A DNA stretch of 64,000 bases from Malacoraja senta (GCA_038087875.1 CM075992.1:10790001-10854000), one strand, 5' to 3'; shown: positions 9,421-22,379, counted from the first letter of the stretch. Made by a program: numbers and translations. The notes: a model not told the origin generated them from the letters alone.

Positions 9421-12400
9421 GGTACACAAAAATGCTGGAGAAACTCAGCGGGTGCAGCAGTATCTATGGAGCGAAGGAAATAGGCAACGTTTCGGGCCGA
9501 AACCCTTCTTCAGACTGATAGGGGGTGGGGAGAAGAAAGCAAAAAAGGAAAAAGGCGGAGGAGGAGCCTGAGGGCTGGGGGAGGGGAGGAGACAACCAGA
9601 GGGCTGATGAAGGGGAGGGGACAGCAAGGGCTAGCAGAATTGGGAGAGTTCAATGTTCAAGCCCCCAGGATGTAGACTGCCCAAGCGGAATATGAGGTGC
9701 ATTTCCTCCAATTTACGGTGTTGCTCGCTGTGGCCATGGAGGAGACCCAGGACAGAGAGGTCAGATACGGAATGGGAGGGGGAGTTGAAGTGCTGAGCCA
9801 CCGGGAGGTCAAGTTGGTTATTGCAAACCGACCGGTGGTGTTCGGCGAAACGATCGCCAAGCCTACGCTTGGTCTCACCGATGTAGATCAGCTGGCATCT
9901 AGAGCAGCGGATGCAATAGATGAGGTTGGAGGAGATGCAGGTGAACCTCTGTCGCACCTGGAACGACTGCTTGGGTCCTTGAATGGAGTCGAGGGGGGAG
10001 GTGAAGGGACAAGTGTTGCATCTCTTGCGGTTGCAAGGGAAAGTACCAGGGGAGGCGGTGGTATGGGAGGGAAGGGAAGAATTGACAAGGGAGTTACGGA
10101 GGGAGCGGTCTTTGCGGAAGGCAGACATGGGGGGAGATGGGAAGATGTGGCGAGTGGTGGGTTCACGTTGGAGGTGGCGAAACTGACGGAGGATCACTTG
10201 TTGTATGTGACGCCTGGTGGGGTGAAAGGTGAGGACTAGGGGGGCTCTGCCCTTGTTGTGAGTGGGGGGATGGGGAGAGAGAGCAGTGTTGCGGGGTATG
10301 GCAGAGACCCTGGTGCGAGCCTCATCTATGGTGGAGGAGGAGAACCCCTGTTCCCTGAAGAATGAGGACATTTCAGATGCCCTGGTGTGGAACGCCTCAT
10401 CCTGGGAGCAGATGCGGCGTAGACGGAGGAATTAGGAGTGGGGTATGGAGTCCTTACAGGAAGCAGGGTGGGAAGAAGTGTAGTCCAGATAGCCATGGGA
10501 GTCGGTGGGTTTGTAGTGGATGTCGGTAAGGAGTCTATCACCTTCGATGGAGATAGTGAGGTCAAGCAATGGTAGGGGTAGTGTCGGAAATGGTCCAGGT
10601 ATATTTGAGTGCGGGATGGAAGTTGGTGGTGAAGCGGATTAAGTCAGTCAGTTGTGTGTGGGTGCAGGATGTGGCACCAAAACAATCATCGATGTAGCGG
10701 AGGTAGAGGTCGGGGATGGGGCCCTTGTACGCATTGAACAAGGATTGTTCTACGTACCCGACAAAGAGGCAGGCGTAGCTGGGGCCCATGCGTGTGCCCA
10801 TAGCTACGCCTTGTATTTGGGGGAAATGGGAGGAGTCAAATGAAAAGTTATTAAGTGTAAGGACCAGCTCCGCTAGGTGGAGGAGGGTGTCAGTGGCCGG
10901 GTATAGGTTGCTTCCACGGTCGAGGAAAAAACGGAGGGCTTCGAGACTATCCTGGTGGAGGTTGGATGTGTACAATGACTGGACGTCCCTGGTGAAGATG
11001 AGGGGGTGAGGGCCTAGAGAGTGGAATGCGCGGAGACGACGGAGAGTGTCTGAGGTGTCTTGAACATAGGTGGGGAGGGATTTAACCAAGGCGGATAGGA
11101 TGGAGCAGAGGTAGGTGGAGATGAATTCGGTGGGGCACGAAGAGGCAGAGACAATTGGTCTACCGGGACAGTCAGGTTTGTGGATTTTGGGGAGAAGGTA
11201 AAAGCGGGTTGTGCGGGGCTGGGGAACGATGAGGTTGGAGGCTCGGTCGGGCAGGGCGTGGGAGTGGATGAAGTCGGTGATGGTGCTGGAGATGGTGGCC
11301 TGGTGCTCGTCAGTGGGGTCATGGTCCAGGGGTAAGTAGGAGAAGGTGTCCGAGAGTTGGCACGTGTCCTCAGCTTTGTAGAGATCGATGCGCCAGACTA
11401 CCACGGCACCTCCCTTGTCGGCGGGTTTGATAACCCAATCTAGGTTGTTGCGGAGTGAGTCGATGGCAGTGCGTTCAGGGGGGGGGGAGATTGGAGTGAG
11501 ACAGGGGAGTGGAGAAGTTGAGGCTGTTGATGTCACGGCGGCGGTTTTGAATGAAGAGTTCTAAAGCCGGAAGGCTACGAGGGGGGTTCCATGAGGACGG
11601 GTGCGTTGGAGACGGGAAAAGGGGTCATCAGTGGGGGGCGAGGACTCCTTCCCATGGAAGTGAGCTGTGAGGCGGAGGCGACGGTAGAAGCGTTCCAAGT
11701 CATGGAGGGCACGGAACTCATTGAGGTGGGGACGGAGGGGGACAAAGGTGAGACCTCTGCTGAGGACAGACCGTTCGATATCGGAGAGGGGGAGGTCGGG
11801 GGGGATGGTGAACACCCGGCAGGGATGGGGGTTGGGTCCGGAGAACGGCAGGTGGGTGGAATGGGGACGAGGCGATGTGTGGTGGGGGTGGTGGGTGTTC
11901 AGGGGGTGGGGGGTGAGAGGGCTGTGGTGTGGGTGTGGAAGAGAAGTGGTCCCATAGTTGGAGAGGGGTCGGGAAGTATCAGTGGAACTGCCACTGAGGT
12001 AACCATGAATAGGCAGACTGGCACTAGGACCCAGTGGAGTCAAACCCTGGAGAGTGGGAGTGAGCAGCGTGGAGGCTTCAGGCCCAATACAGAGACCAGT
12101 CTGCAGGTGAGGCGACGGCTGCGGGCTGCTGGAGGGAGGTGCAGTGGCGAAGGTCGGCGGACCCGACGGTAGGAGTCCTCGGGCAGTGGAGTCGGGGTCG
12201 GGGTCGGGGGGGCTGGGGGCGGTGTGGTGGCGAGGGTCGGCGGACCCGATGGTCGGGGTCCGTGGGTAGTGGAGTCGGGGGGCTGGGGGGGCGTTGCAGT
12301 GGCGAGGGTCGGCGGACCCGATGGTCGGAGTCCACGGGCAATGGAGTAGGGGTCGGCGGGGCTGGAGGGCGTTGCAGTGGCGAGGGTCGGCTGACCCGAT

Positions 12401-12484
12401 GGTCGGGGTCCGTGGGCAGTAGAGTCGGGGTCCACGGGCGATGCTTGGGATGTCCCGGTAGGCGGGTGGTCGGTGGGGTGGCGC
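9421..12484 (-). mobile_element. Penelope-like retroelement (RT plus GIY-YIG), frameshifted
   Basis: ORF pieces with KPADKGG, GVAMG and YLRYIDD (10562-11536) and CxxC / YIGETKRRLGDRFAEH GIY-YIG motifs (9631-10371); splits a CR1 RT at GGATG. Confidence 0.95.
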
Positions 12485-12769
12485 GGATGTTGAGTATTTG
12501 GATTTTCAGAAGGCCTTGATAAGCCGCAGACATTTTAAAAAGATGGGTGCCCGGAGGCGGAGTACTATCAGGGATAGAAGATTGTCTGATTGGCAGAAGG
12601 GTGAGTGTGAGAACAAATGGGGACCATTCTGGTTGGCTGCAGATGAATAGTGGTATCCCACTGACGTCGATGTGTGGTTCGATAACTTTCATCTTATGTT
12701 TTAATGATCTGGATGATGGAGTGGATGGCTTTCTGACAAAGCATGCGGATAGTACAAACTCATTGCAAC

Positions 12770-13680
12770 TTCTATATCCACTCATCACTTCCTACCCAAA
12801 CCACACGCTCTCCATGAACCGCTGGAAATGTAACACGTGGCACAACACCTCATCCCTCAACTCCAGCGACCGACCGCAGGAGGTTTTAATTGTGAAACGG
12901 AGATTCACACACAGTTCCACTAATCTGAACTACTGCATTTAATGCTCCCAGAGTGTCCTACCTTACACCACTCAGACGCATCCGTGACGAGGGAATGCTT
13001 TCGCCGAATATTGTCCATTGTCTAATACTAGCGCTCTGCCTTCCAATGTCACCTGGATCAGTTTGCCAGCAATTTGAAACCCACTCCCATATCCATACCG
13101 ACTTTTCTGCCCTTCGTCCATTTAATTGCTAGATTGAGGTCGCACTCACATTGGAGGAACAACACCTCATATTCCGCCTGGGTAGTTAGTAGCTTACCAC
13201 ATGGGCATTTGTTTTCCATTCTTAACAAATAACCCATAGTCCTCGCTCTTTCCTTCCCTCTGTACTCTGATGTGCCTCACTTTCTCGCACAATATCCCAC
13301 CTTCAGTCATAATCTGCCTTTACCCTCCTTAGTACACACATCTCCTACCGTCGAAACCCTAATTTCCCTTCTCTCGCCTGTTTCTTCTTTGCCCTATCCC
13401 CTTCCCCTAACGTCACTCACTCTAGCTAAATATTGCAATCGACTTCTCTCTTATCTGACACAATTTTATGTCCACTGTCACTTGCTCCATCCCTTTGACA
13501 AAATACACCATTACATGTTTCCAGCAATCATTTGCTCGGCTTTATCCCGTCATCACTCTCTTTCCCAGCTTTCTTCCCTTTTTCTTGAATTAGTGTGAAG
13601 GATGGCACCACATAGAAACATTGTCAGTATATACCTTTCACCGAAAGGTTGAGTTCCTCCTGCCGTTTTTGTTTTGCTCC
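12770..13680 (+). mobile_element. Degenerate Penelope 3' fragment
   Basis: TTGGAGGAACAACACCTCATATTCCGCCTGGG matches the GIY-YIG end (LEEQHLIFRLG). Confidence 0.65.
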
Positions 13681-15563
13681 CACACAATGTTCGTGTTATG
13701 GTCTGTGGACTAAGTGGGCCGCAGGCGGTGCATCCTGTACCACAGGGGATTGATGACTGACTGCTCACGGCTCCACGGGCTCACAGTGCACTGCTCATAG
13801 TCTCACATGCTAGATTTAAAGCTGACAGTCTGCAGTAACATGAGAGAGAAAAGGTGATCCATAAATGTCTCTCAAAAACGAGCCCTTCCGCCCACCGTGT
13901 CAATTCCAATCACTTTATAATATTCTCACTTTTCTGCACTTGGCTCGTTGCTTTAAACTATTCGGTGTAAGTGGCCGTCCAACCATCAGAACGGCAGAAA
14001 GAACACCAGCAATGTCTTGATGGGAAAAAAAAGATAGTTGCATGACTGCAAGTTTTCTTTTTTCCGACTGGAGGTGTCTGACTGGCAATGGGCCTCAGTC
14101 ATCGGTACTGGGCCCATTGCTGCTAGTGGTTTACATCAATCATTTTAATGGATAGATACAGGGCATGATTAGCAGTTTTGCCAATCACAACATGGTAGGT
14201 GGTATCGTAGACAGTGAAGAAGTCACAAGGACAACTGTGCAACTGGGGCGATGCCGCGACCTTATTGTACGACTGTACAATATGTTGGTGTGGCAGCATT
14301 CAAATTATTGTGTCGAGTTTTGGTGACCTTCCATGGAAACGATTTCATTAATCGGCAAAGAATGCATAGGGCAGTAATCAGAATCTTGCTTGGCCGCGAG
14401 GATCTCAGCTATAAGGAAATGTTGGTAAGCTAGAACTTTGTTTCTTGAAGCGCAGGGAATTGAGGTTTGATCTTAAAAACATTAAATATGACGCAATTTA
14501 AGAAGCTTTTTTTTTTTACCAGGATATATGTATCACGAAAGAGGACAGTGTTGTTAAGCGAGAGGAGGAGCGATTTCGCAGAAAACAAAGAACCAAATGT
14601 TTCACTGAATGGATGGTGTGCATATTGTCGAACTTGCAGACGAATTAACAGGGACAGGTCCTTAAGAACATTAAAAAAACGGATGCGTACATGAATCGTG
14701 TATATTGTTCACTATGATCTTCAATCGTAGCAATGTTCTGCTACATTTATGTATCCATGGATCTACGGGCCAAGGGTAATCTGTTCATCCATATTGACTA
14801 GAATTCTACGTTTACGGCATATGTTTCAGCAAGATCAAATTTGGTTCCATCACAGCTGGGGTGCATTGTTCTGTCCGATTCGCTACACTGCTGGATTACG
14901 AATGGATCAGATGATCTAAAGTAGATTTCCTACATTCTCCCTGCAACTGACTGTGTCAGTTATGAGGAGAGGCAGGAAAGTCTGCACTTATTTGTGTTTA
15001 TAGCCGTGGAAGCCAAGAGGGAATTGGTGAAATCGAGGAACATAAGACGTATAATTACATGTTGAGAGGGGTGTGCGAAAGAGGGGAGTGAGATAAGATC
15101 AATGCAGATAGCAAATCATGGTCGGCGTCTAAATGGTGAGCCACATGGCCTCTAATGTGCATTCCAGCTCCTTGGCTCTTTCTCGTAATTTCTTTGTTTG
15201 AAACACACTGGCAATAGATCTGCGAGGTGTGAAAGAGAGCAGAAACACACTGAAAAATAATGTACAGCTTTGGATTCAAGCCATTTGCAATTACGATGTA
15301 CGTTATGTTATATATTCTGCAGTGTATTATAGTGAAAAGTTCTGGTATTCTTGTCGAACATGTGATTCATTAGGAAAGACTGACGTTAACATTGATACTG
15401 TGGGAAAGGATTCGTGTCTCGAAGTTTGTAACGTGGGCTCATACAACGCCTGGCGTCACTGTGAGGTGCTAATCTCCTAATGGAGCCCTAGCACACTTAT
15501 TTATTGCTGACCAGTTCATACCCGCTGGGTTAATCATGCTGGCAACTGATCGGTCTTCCCGTG

Positions 15564-15665
15564 CCAATGAGGAATAGTCAGACTGACTAGCGACTCCTGG
15601 AACAAATCGCCCACAGAGGCACTCACCCCAACACCATCATCACGCCATGCCCGCTCAGTATATAG
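15564..15665 (+). promoter_or_regulatory. CCAAT and TATA-like promoter of the defensin pseudogene
   Basis: CCAAT at 15564 and TATATAG at 15659, both conserved in the intact copy. Confidence 0.5.
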
Positions 15666-15729
15666 AGAGCAATTATCCGATCAGTTTCATTATCTCCTCT
15701 CAATCTGTGATACTGAAATCGAAGCGAAG

Positions 15730-17617
15730 ATGAGAAACGTGCTCCTGCTCCTGTTTGGAATGTATCTCCTGACACATATCTTCGCAACTGGAGTTGGCGC
15801 ACCTTCAATTATGGAAGCCTAGATAAACCTTTGTGTGTACATAGACTCGAGATCGCTCATCGATAGCATTGATAGAGCGTTGATTTAAAGCAGCCCCCTT
15901 CCCGTTCGGCATTGTTATTTTCAATGTTGATTAGGTGTTAATTTCTGGCAAACCGACTTAACACCGCTTCAACTTGAATAGATGACTGTCAAATCGCGAT
16001 GCTGTGCTGCAGCCGAATTCCCAGCTGTGAGTATGGTTTGCCACGCAAGAGGCGTCCATAAAGTCAGTCCATCGTCTAGATGCAGTTGTACAGGGTCTTG
16101 GTGAGACCACACCTGGAGTATTGCGTACAGTTTTGGTCTCCTAATCTGAGGAAAGACATTCTTGCCATAGAGGGAGTACAGAGAAGGTTCACCAGACTGA
16201 TTCCTGGGATGTCAGGACTTTCATATGAAGAAAGACTGGATAGACTCGGTTTGTACTCGCTAGAATTTAGAAGATTGAGGGGGGTTCTTATAGAAACGTA
16301 CTAAATTATTAAGGGTTTCGACAGGCTAGATGCAGGAAGATTGTTCCCGATGCTGGGGAAGCCCAGAACAAGGGGGTCACAGTTTAAGGATAAGGGGGAA
16401 ATCTTTTAGGACCGAGATGAGGAAAAAAAATTTCACACAGAGAGTGGTGAATCTCTGGAATTCTCTGCCACAGAAGGTAGTTGACGCCAGTTCATTGGAT
16501 ATATTTAAGAGGGAGCTAGATGTGGCCCTTGTGGCTAAAGGGATCAGGGGGTATGGAGAGAAAGCATGTACAGGATACTGAGTTGGATGATCAGCCATGA
16601 TCATATCGAATGGCGGTGCAGGCTCGAAGGGCCTAGTGGCCTACTCCTGCACCTATTTTCTATGTTTCTATGTGTCTATGTTTCTAGAAGACAGAAACAA
16701 CTTACATATTTAATTGTTTCGTCACATCTTTACCTTTTAGTGCTGCACATTAAACGAGCTTTCACGGCTTTACGGGCATGTATATGTGTCATCCCTGTCA
16801 CCCTCCCCTGTATAAAGTGCAAAAAAAAATTAAAGCAGAAGTAATGCTCACAAAGCTGAAATTGATTAGGTTTTGGGGGAAATTAAGGAAGCAGGAAAAC
16901 AGTTTAACGGAATTAACTTGATAAACTGGGCACGAAACGGGACACCTTCTCGAACAGCATTTCCATCAGCAGGTCTTTATGACAGGGATGCCTTGCGTTA
17001 GAACCTTGATTGAGTTCTTTTGAGGAGGCGCGAGGTTGAGTGATGATGAAAGAGCCAATTATGTACGCGTACATAGACCAGCTGCAGAAATAAGCAGAGA
17101 GGTGGCTGATGGAGTTTAAATAGGGCAAATGTTGGGCGTTGCACTTCATGGGGAGGCATCGATGGAGAGAGAATACAGTTAATGACGTGCGTTCGCAGAT
17201 TGCTTCTCATGCCATTCAGCGCAGCACTGATCAGTCTATTCCCCTGTCACTTCCCGGTACGGTCCGCCCTTTCCTGTGCCATTGTTTCTTTACTTGAGCT
17301 GAGGAAAGCAGGCGGATATTTTCCAACCGGACATTCGGAGGGACGGAAGCAGCCCAGGACAGCCCACGCAGCCTCGCCGCAAGCAGCCCAGCCCCAAGAA
17401 ACCTACCCCAAGCAGCAGCAGCAGCAGCAGCAGCCAAGCTCCATGCAGCAGACTTAAGAGCTCTCAATACTTCGGAACCACACTTTCAAACCTTCATACT
17501 CAGACCTTACAAGTGAAGGCCATTGATCATTTAATTTTCCTATTGAAGGATTGTGGAAGAACCAAGGAGAAGTTTGGACCTTGCCACGGCGCGTTTAGTT
17601 GTTGCAAAAAAATGTAA
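15730..17617 (+). pseudogene. Beta-defensin pseudogene, paralogue of 25390-31153
   Basis: Exon 1 reads MRNVLLLLFGMYLLTHIFATGVGAPSIMEA* (15730-15822; in-frame TAG, no GT donor at the homologous site). The exon-2 remnant LKDCGRTKEKFGPCHGAFSCCKKM* (17543-17617) lacks the acceptor and Cys1-2. AATAAA at 17695 and 17708. Confidence 0.88.
16081..16682 (+). mobile_element. 5'-truncated young CR1 copy inside the pseudogene intron
   Basis: Highly similar to the 3' end of 2304-7410; flanked by TCTAGA on both sides; the paralogue has the empty site (GTCTAGAAGACAG near 25730). Confidence 0.93.
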
Positions 17618-18339
17618 GCGAAATGAATTCCTCGTCCGGGAATTCAACTTAATTTGTGTCTGTTACCAACTTATTCGCAAGAATTACAGTTTGAAATAAA
17701 CTGTATGAATAAATAATAGTTGCATGACCTCATCGGCGTTTCTCCTTGTTTCTCTTTTTGCAGGGAACAACGTGAAATAAGGTTATGTTAGGTTAGAACT
17801 GAGCATTGGGAACAACAGTCAATTTTGGATGTAGTGACGCGTGCTTACGCACTGGACGTCAACGACTGTGAACCCCGTGTTGCGCTTTACTATCCGGAAT
17901 CCATCTAGGAAATCTCTGAAATCTCTGAAATAGGTGGTACCGATACAGGTATGATATAGTTAGACCATCATAGAAAAAGCGACAAGAAGAGTTAATTTGT
18001 GGATAGGAACAAAATGTTGGATTAACTCAGTCGAACAGGCAGCATCTCTGCAGACAAGGAATGGGTGGCGTTTCAGATCAAGAACCTTCTTCCTCAGTCT
18101 GACATGATGCCTGTCCCACTGAGTTACTCCCGCATTTTTTGTCTATGTTCGGTTTTAACCTTCCTACATAGTTCATTTGTATACTGTCCGATTCATATGC
18201 ATGCACACCAGATAGCTGGAGCCAGAGGGCGTCAATGTCTTGTTGCAACACTGCTCACATACCAACCCAAACGCAGACCCGAGTCCGCGTTTCAGAATAT
18301 GTTATTATCACATATAATGCGTTACTTTAGAGGCTGCTG

Positions 18340-21060
18340 TCAGAATCCACAGGAACTAATCCTGAATCTATAGAACATTGAAAAATGATCGCCAATGCGT
18401 CCACGATCTCTAGAGCCACCTCTTTTAGTTATCCGGGATGAAGACTAAAGGCCATGGGTATTTGTCAGCTTTCAGTCCCATCAGTTTGCCCAATAATATT
18501 TCTCGCCTAATGCAAATGTCTTTCAGTGCTTCAGTCTCCAAAGTTCCTCTGTCCTCTGGTATATCTGGGAGATTGGTTCTGTCTTCACTAAGGAAGACAC
18601 AAACAAAGTACCTGTTCAACTCTTCTGCCATTTCATTGTTGACCATAATAATTTCAACTGTTTTTGCCTTCAAGGCACCCACATTTGTCTTTACTCATGT
18701 TTCTTTTCTTTACATACCGAAATAATATTCTACTGTGGGGCAAAGTCCCGAAATGAAAGCGAGGAGCCAGGTGTTTCGGGAGGTACCTTTAATATTGTCC
18801 TTCTTGTCATCAGAGAAGTCCGCAAGAGAAAGATGGCACCCAAACCCTTGCCTTTTTCCCTCTAGCTAAGGGCCGCCTTTGGACTTAACCATACCCGTAC
18901 CGAGAGGTTTGATAGTTGGGATGGCCCGACCCTTGGGAGCCGGCACACTACTCTCATTGCCCTTTTTGTTACCCTCTATTGTCCTTTGAAAGCTACCCAA
19001 TCCTCTACCTTCCCGTTACTCTTTGCTATGTAATACCTATTTTCATTTAGTTTATTCCACCCCAACTTCCATTGTTAGCCACGGTTGCCTCTTACTCACT
19101 TCAGAATATTTATTCCTCTTTAGAAATAAGTCATCCTGCAACTTCTGGATTATGCCCAAAATTTCATGCCATTGCTGTTCTACCGTCATTCCTGCTGTGA
19201 TCTCTTGTTAGTTGACTTTGGACATTTCCTCTCTCATGCCTTCCTAGTTCCCTTTGTTCAACTGCAGTACTGAAACTTCTGATTTAACCTTCTAATTGAA
19301 AATTAAACTTATATTGTGGTCACTACCTCCTAGCGGTTCCTTTACCCTGAGTTTCATTTGGGCAATACTGAACATAGAATGGCCTTCTCGCAGGTAGGCC
19401 CCAGTGCAAACTGCTCCACGAATTCATCTCGCAAGCACTCCACAAACTCCATATCTCGTGCGCCAGAACCAACCTGATTTGCCCTGTCAACTTACATGTT
19501 GAAATCTCCAATAACCACAATGGCTTTACCTTTGTTACATGCCAATGTTTACTCCTGCTGCTACTTGCACCCTGTCTCCATGCAACTATATGGGGGCCTG
19601 TAGATAACTTCCACTCGTGTCTTCTTAACTTTACAATTCCTCAATTTTATCCACGGCGACTACATCGTCAGTCACTGTCATCCCTCACAAGGAACTGTAT
19701 TTAATCCTTCAACAACAGAACAATCCACCTCCTCTGCCCATCTGCCTGTCCTTTCTATAGGGCGTATGATCCTGAATATTCAGTTGACAGTCCCGATCCT
19801 CCTGCAGCCATGTCTCGGTAATCCCGACAATGTCATATCTGCTAATCTCTAACTGAGCCTTAAGGTCATCCACTTTACTTCTTATACTTCGCGCATTCAT
19901 GTGTAATACGTTTAATCCATTACTCACCTCACCTTTAACATCGATTGCTATTCCACAAGCCTATACTCTCCAATCCATTCCTGAGCTTCCTGTCCCGTTT
20001 ATTCTGGTGAATGTCTTAACCTTTCCTATACTCTCTTTCCCTTTAACTCTATTCTTTTCTTTCAAATTTGTCACCCCCACTATTCGTTTAATCCCACCAG
20101 TGTAGTAGCAGTGGCAAACCTGCCTGCCAGAATGCTGGTCTCCGCCTGTTAACGTGCAACCCGCCCCTTTTGTACAATTCACCCTTACTCCAAAACAGAT
20201 CCAGTGGTATAACAATCTAAGAATCAGTCATCTCCGGCCGTTGCACTAGCTCCCCTTCCACACATACTGGTACCCTGACTCCCTGTTTCCTGCCCTCACC
20301 AACGCAAGGACTGGAAGCAAACCTGAGATAACCGCCCTGCAGTCCAACCTTACAGTCTTCTTCCGAGCTCTCCAAAGTCACGCTGCAGAATCACTTTCCA
20401 CTTCTTCCCGACGTCATTTGTTTCATCATGCACTACCACTTCCGTCTACAAATCGTAACCCTTGAGTGCCATCAGTCCGTGGTGTCCTGGACCATTGCAT
20501 CAGGGAGGCAACACACCATCCTTGAATCCCGCCTGTTGCCGCAAAAAACATTTCTGTACCACTCACTGTACCTTACTACCACGGCTCTGCCTGACGTTGG
20601 TCTCTTCGGTCTTGCTTCAGCGCCAAGTTTTGTCTCGCAGACCTGTCCGCTGCTCAGTCTGGCGTGTATTCTGCTCCAATAGTTTCCAAGACGGTGAACT
20701 GCTTTCAAGGGGTACATCCCCGTGGTCTCCGTCACTTCAAGCTTTCTTCTATCCTCAACGTCACGCAACCTCTCTCAGTATTTTTGGAGTAACGATCTCG
20801 ATGTAGGTCCTATCCAGGAATTTCTCGTTTGCCCAGATGAAACTGAAGTCATCCAGTTGCCTCTCCAGTGGTAATTCAGGAGCTGAACCCGGACACACTT
20901 GCCACAGTTGTCGCCGGCAGAGGCACCATCAGTGACCCTGACCTCTCCCATCCTGCAAGCATCACACTGAATCAGCTAATCTGTCATTTCTTCACTGCAT
21001 CTCACCCTCGCCAACTTTTGGCGTAGCCTCCTCATCGAAGACTCGCGAGCCAATGACTCG
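18340..21060 (-). mobile_element. Degenerate CR1 (ORF1/ORF2 pieces), shared with duplicate 31940-36350
   Basis: MNARSIRSKVDD, GITETWLQ and MVCCLP motifs on the minus strand. Confidence 0.85.
18734..18947 (-). mobile_element. Solo LTR, 214 bp
   Basis: TGTG...CACA termini, 4-bp CTAC target duplication (18730-18733 and 18948-18951), ATTAAA on the minus strand; absent from the duplicated CR1 near 33755. Confidence 0.7.
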
Positions 21061-21295
21061 CGAGTCACGAAATTGAAAATCATTTCCCCCCCAACCTCCT
21101 CCCCCCCCCCACCCCCACATAAAACAAATCAAGGAACACTTAAACACACTTCAGACATCCTACCATCTGATGTATGTCGTTCTCCAGCCCCGAAATTACC
21201 CCCCTCGTCGTTAACGGTACGAACAACATTCAGTACGCCATTTTAAAGACTCACTGCTCTTACTCTCTGCATTAGCATCTGGATCACGAATACAT

Positions 21296-22210
21296 TTATA
21301 GAGAGAGAACCTTATCTACCCCCCGAATAATACTATCCCCTATCACAACGGCATTTCTTCTAACTCCCCCCTCTTGAATGGCCCCCTGATCCACGGTGCT
21401 GCAGCCAGGTTGCTCATCCCTGCCACAGCCCCTGATCCCGTCCTCACATTGAGTAAGAGCCTCGGTCATGCTCGTCAGGGACAAGGGCTGTGGCTCCTGC
21501 CGCATCTCCTCCTGGTTCCCCCTACCTGCCTCGCTTATGGCCACACCTTCCTTTCCCTGCTCACTAACTACTGAATTAGTTAAACTGGTCGGTGTGACCA
21601 TCCCCTGGCACAAAACATCCAGGTAATACTCCCCCTCCCTGATGCACCGCAGCGTATGAAGTTGGGTCTCCAGCTCATCAATGCGGAGCTCGAGTTCCGC
21701 TAGCTTCAAACACTTACTGCAGCTGTAGGGATCATCTACATCAATGGTGTCGACAATTTCCCACATCTCACAGTATTGGCACATCTCCTGGCCGCCCATC
21801 TTATATAAGTAATTAACTGGTCCTATTAAGAATCCCCTACCCGGATTACTGTATTAAAACACCCCATATTTATATAATCCTACCTCCTATAAATGGGAAA
21901 GTACTTACCCCAGCCGTAAATTACCTACTGGTTTGGCTGTCTAGTGGTAATTCCGTCCGCTCTTTCTGTCTGGTCCACTGTCCCTTGCAGTGCGTGGCCT
22001 ACCTCTTAGCCCCTGTTAGCCTCTCGGGCCGCGGCTCCGTCCTTCCTCCCTCGGCGACAACCCTGGGCCGCACCTGTGGCACCTGTGGCACCGCGGTCGT
22101 GACGTCCCTTCCGTTCCAACTGCCACTGATTACTCGCTGCACTCTGATTACCTCGCTACACTCTGATTCTGTGTCTGTGATTATCTGTGTCTATCTGTGT
22201 CTATCTGTGA
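21296..22210 (-). mobile_element. 5' portion of another CR1 family (5'UTR and ORF1 N-terminus)
   Basis: MGGQEMCQYCEMWE...CSKC...coiled coil...VIGDSIIRG, homologous to ORF1 at 3262. Confidence 0.85.
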
Positions 22211-22379
22211 TTCCACACCGCTGCTTGGAAGTATGCCGCGCCTGCGCACTGAGCGGGTTCTTCACGTAATCCCTCATCGTAACTCCTCATAAAATACAGA
22301 TCAAACTTCAAACTGGTAAGTTCTCGTTTAATCTTACTATTTTAGCCCCTTTCCGGACGGTCAAATGTCATCGTTCTGT

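Larger units (their letters stand above)
13730..21298 (+). repeat. Tandem segmental duplication, copy 1 (carries the defensin pseudogene)
   Basis: Colinear with 24000-36590: shared upstream blocks, promoter, exon 1, intron pieces, 3'UTR and downstream antisense CR1. Confidence 0.9.

Noticed and set aside
22215..22345. Possible DIRS-like terminal fragment
   Set aside because: Only a vague resemblance, with no tyrosine recombinase or RT sequence nearby to support it.
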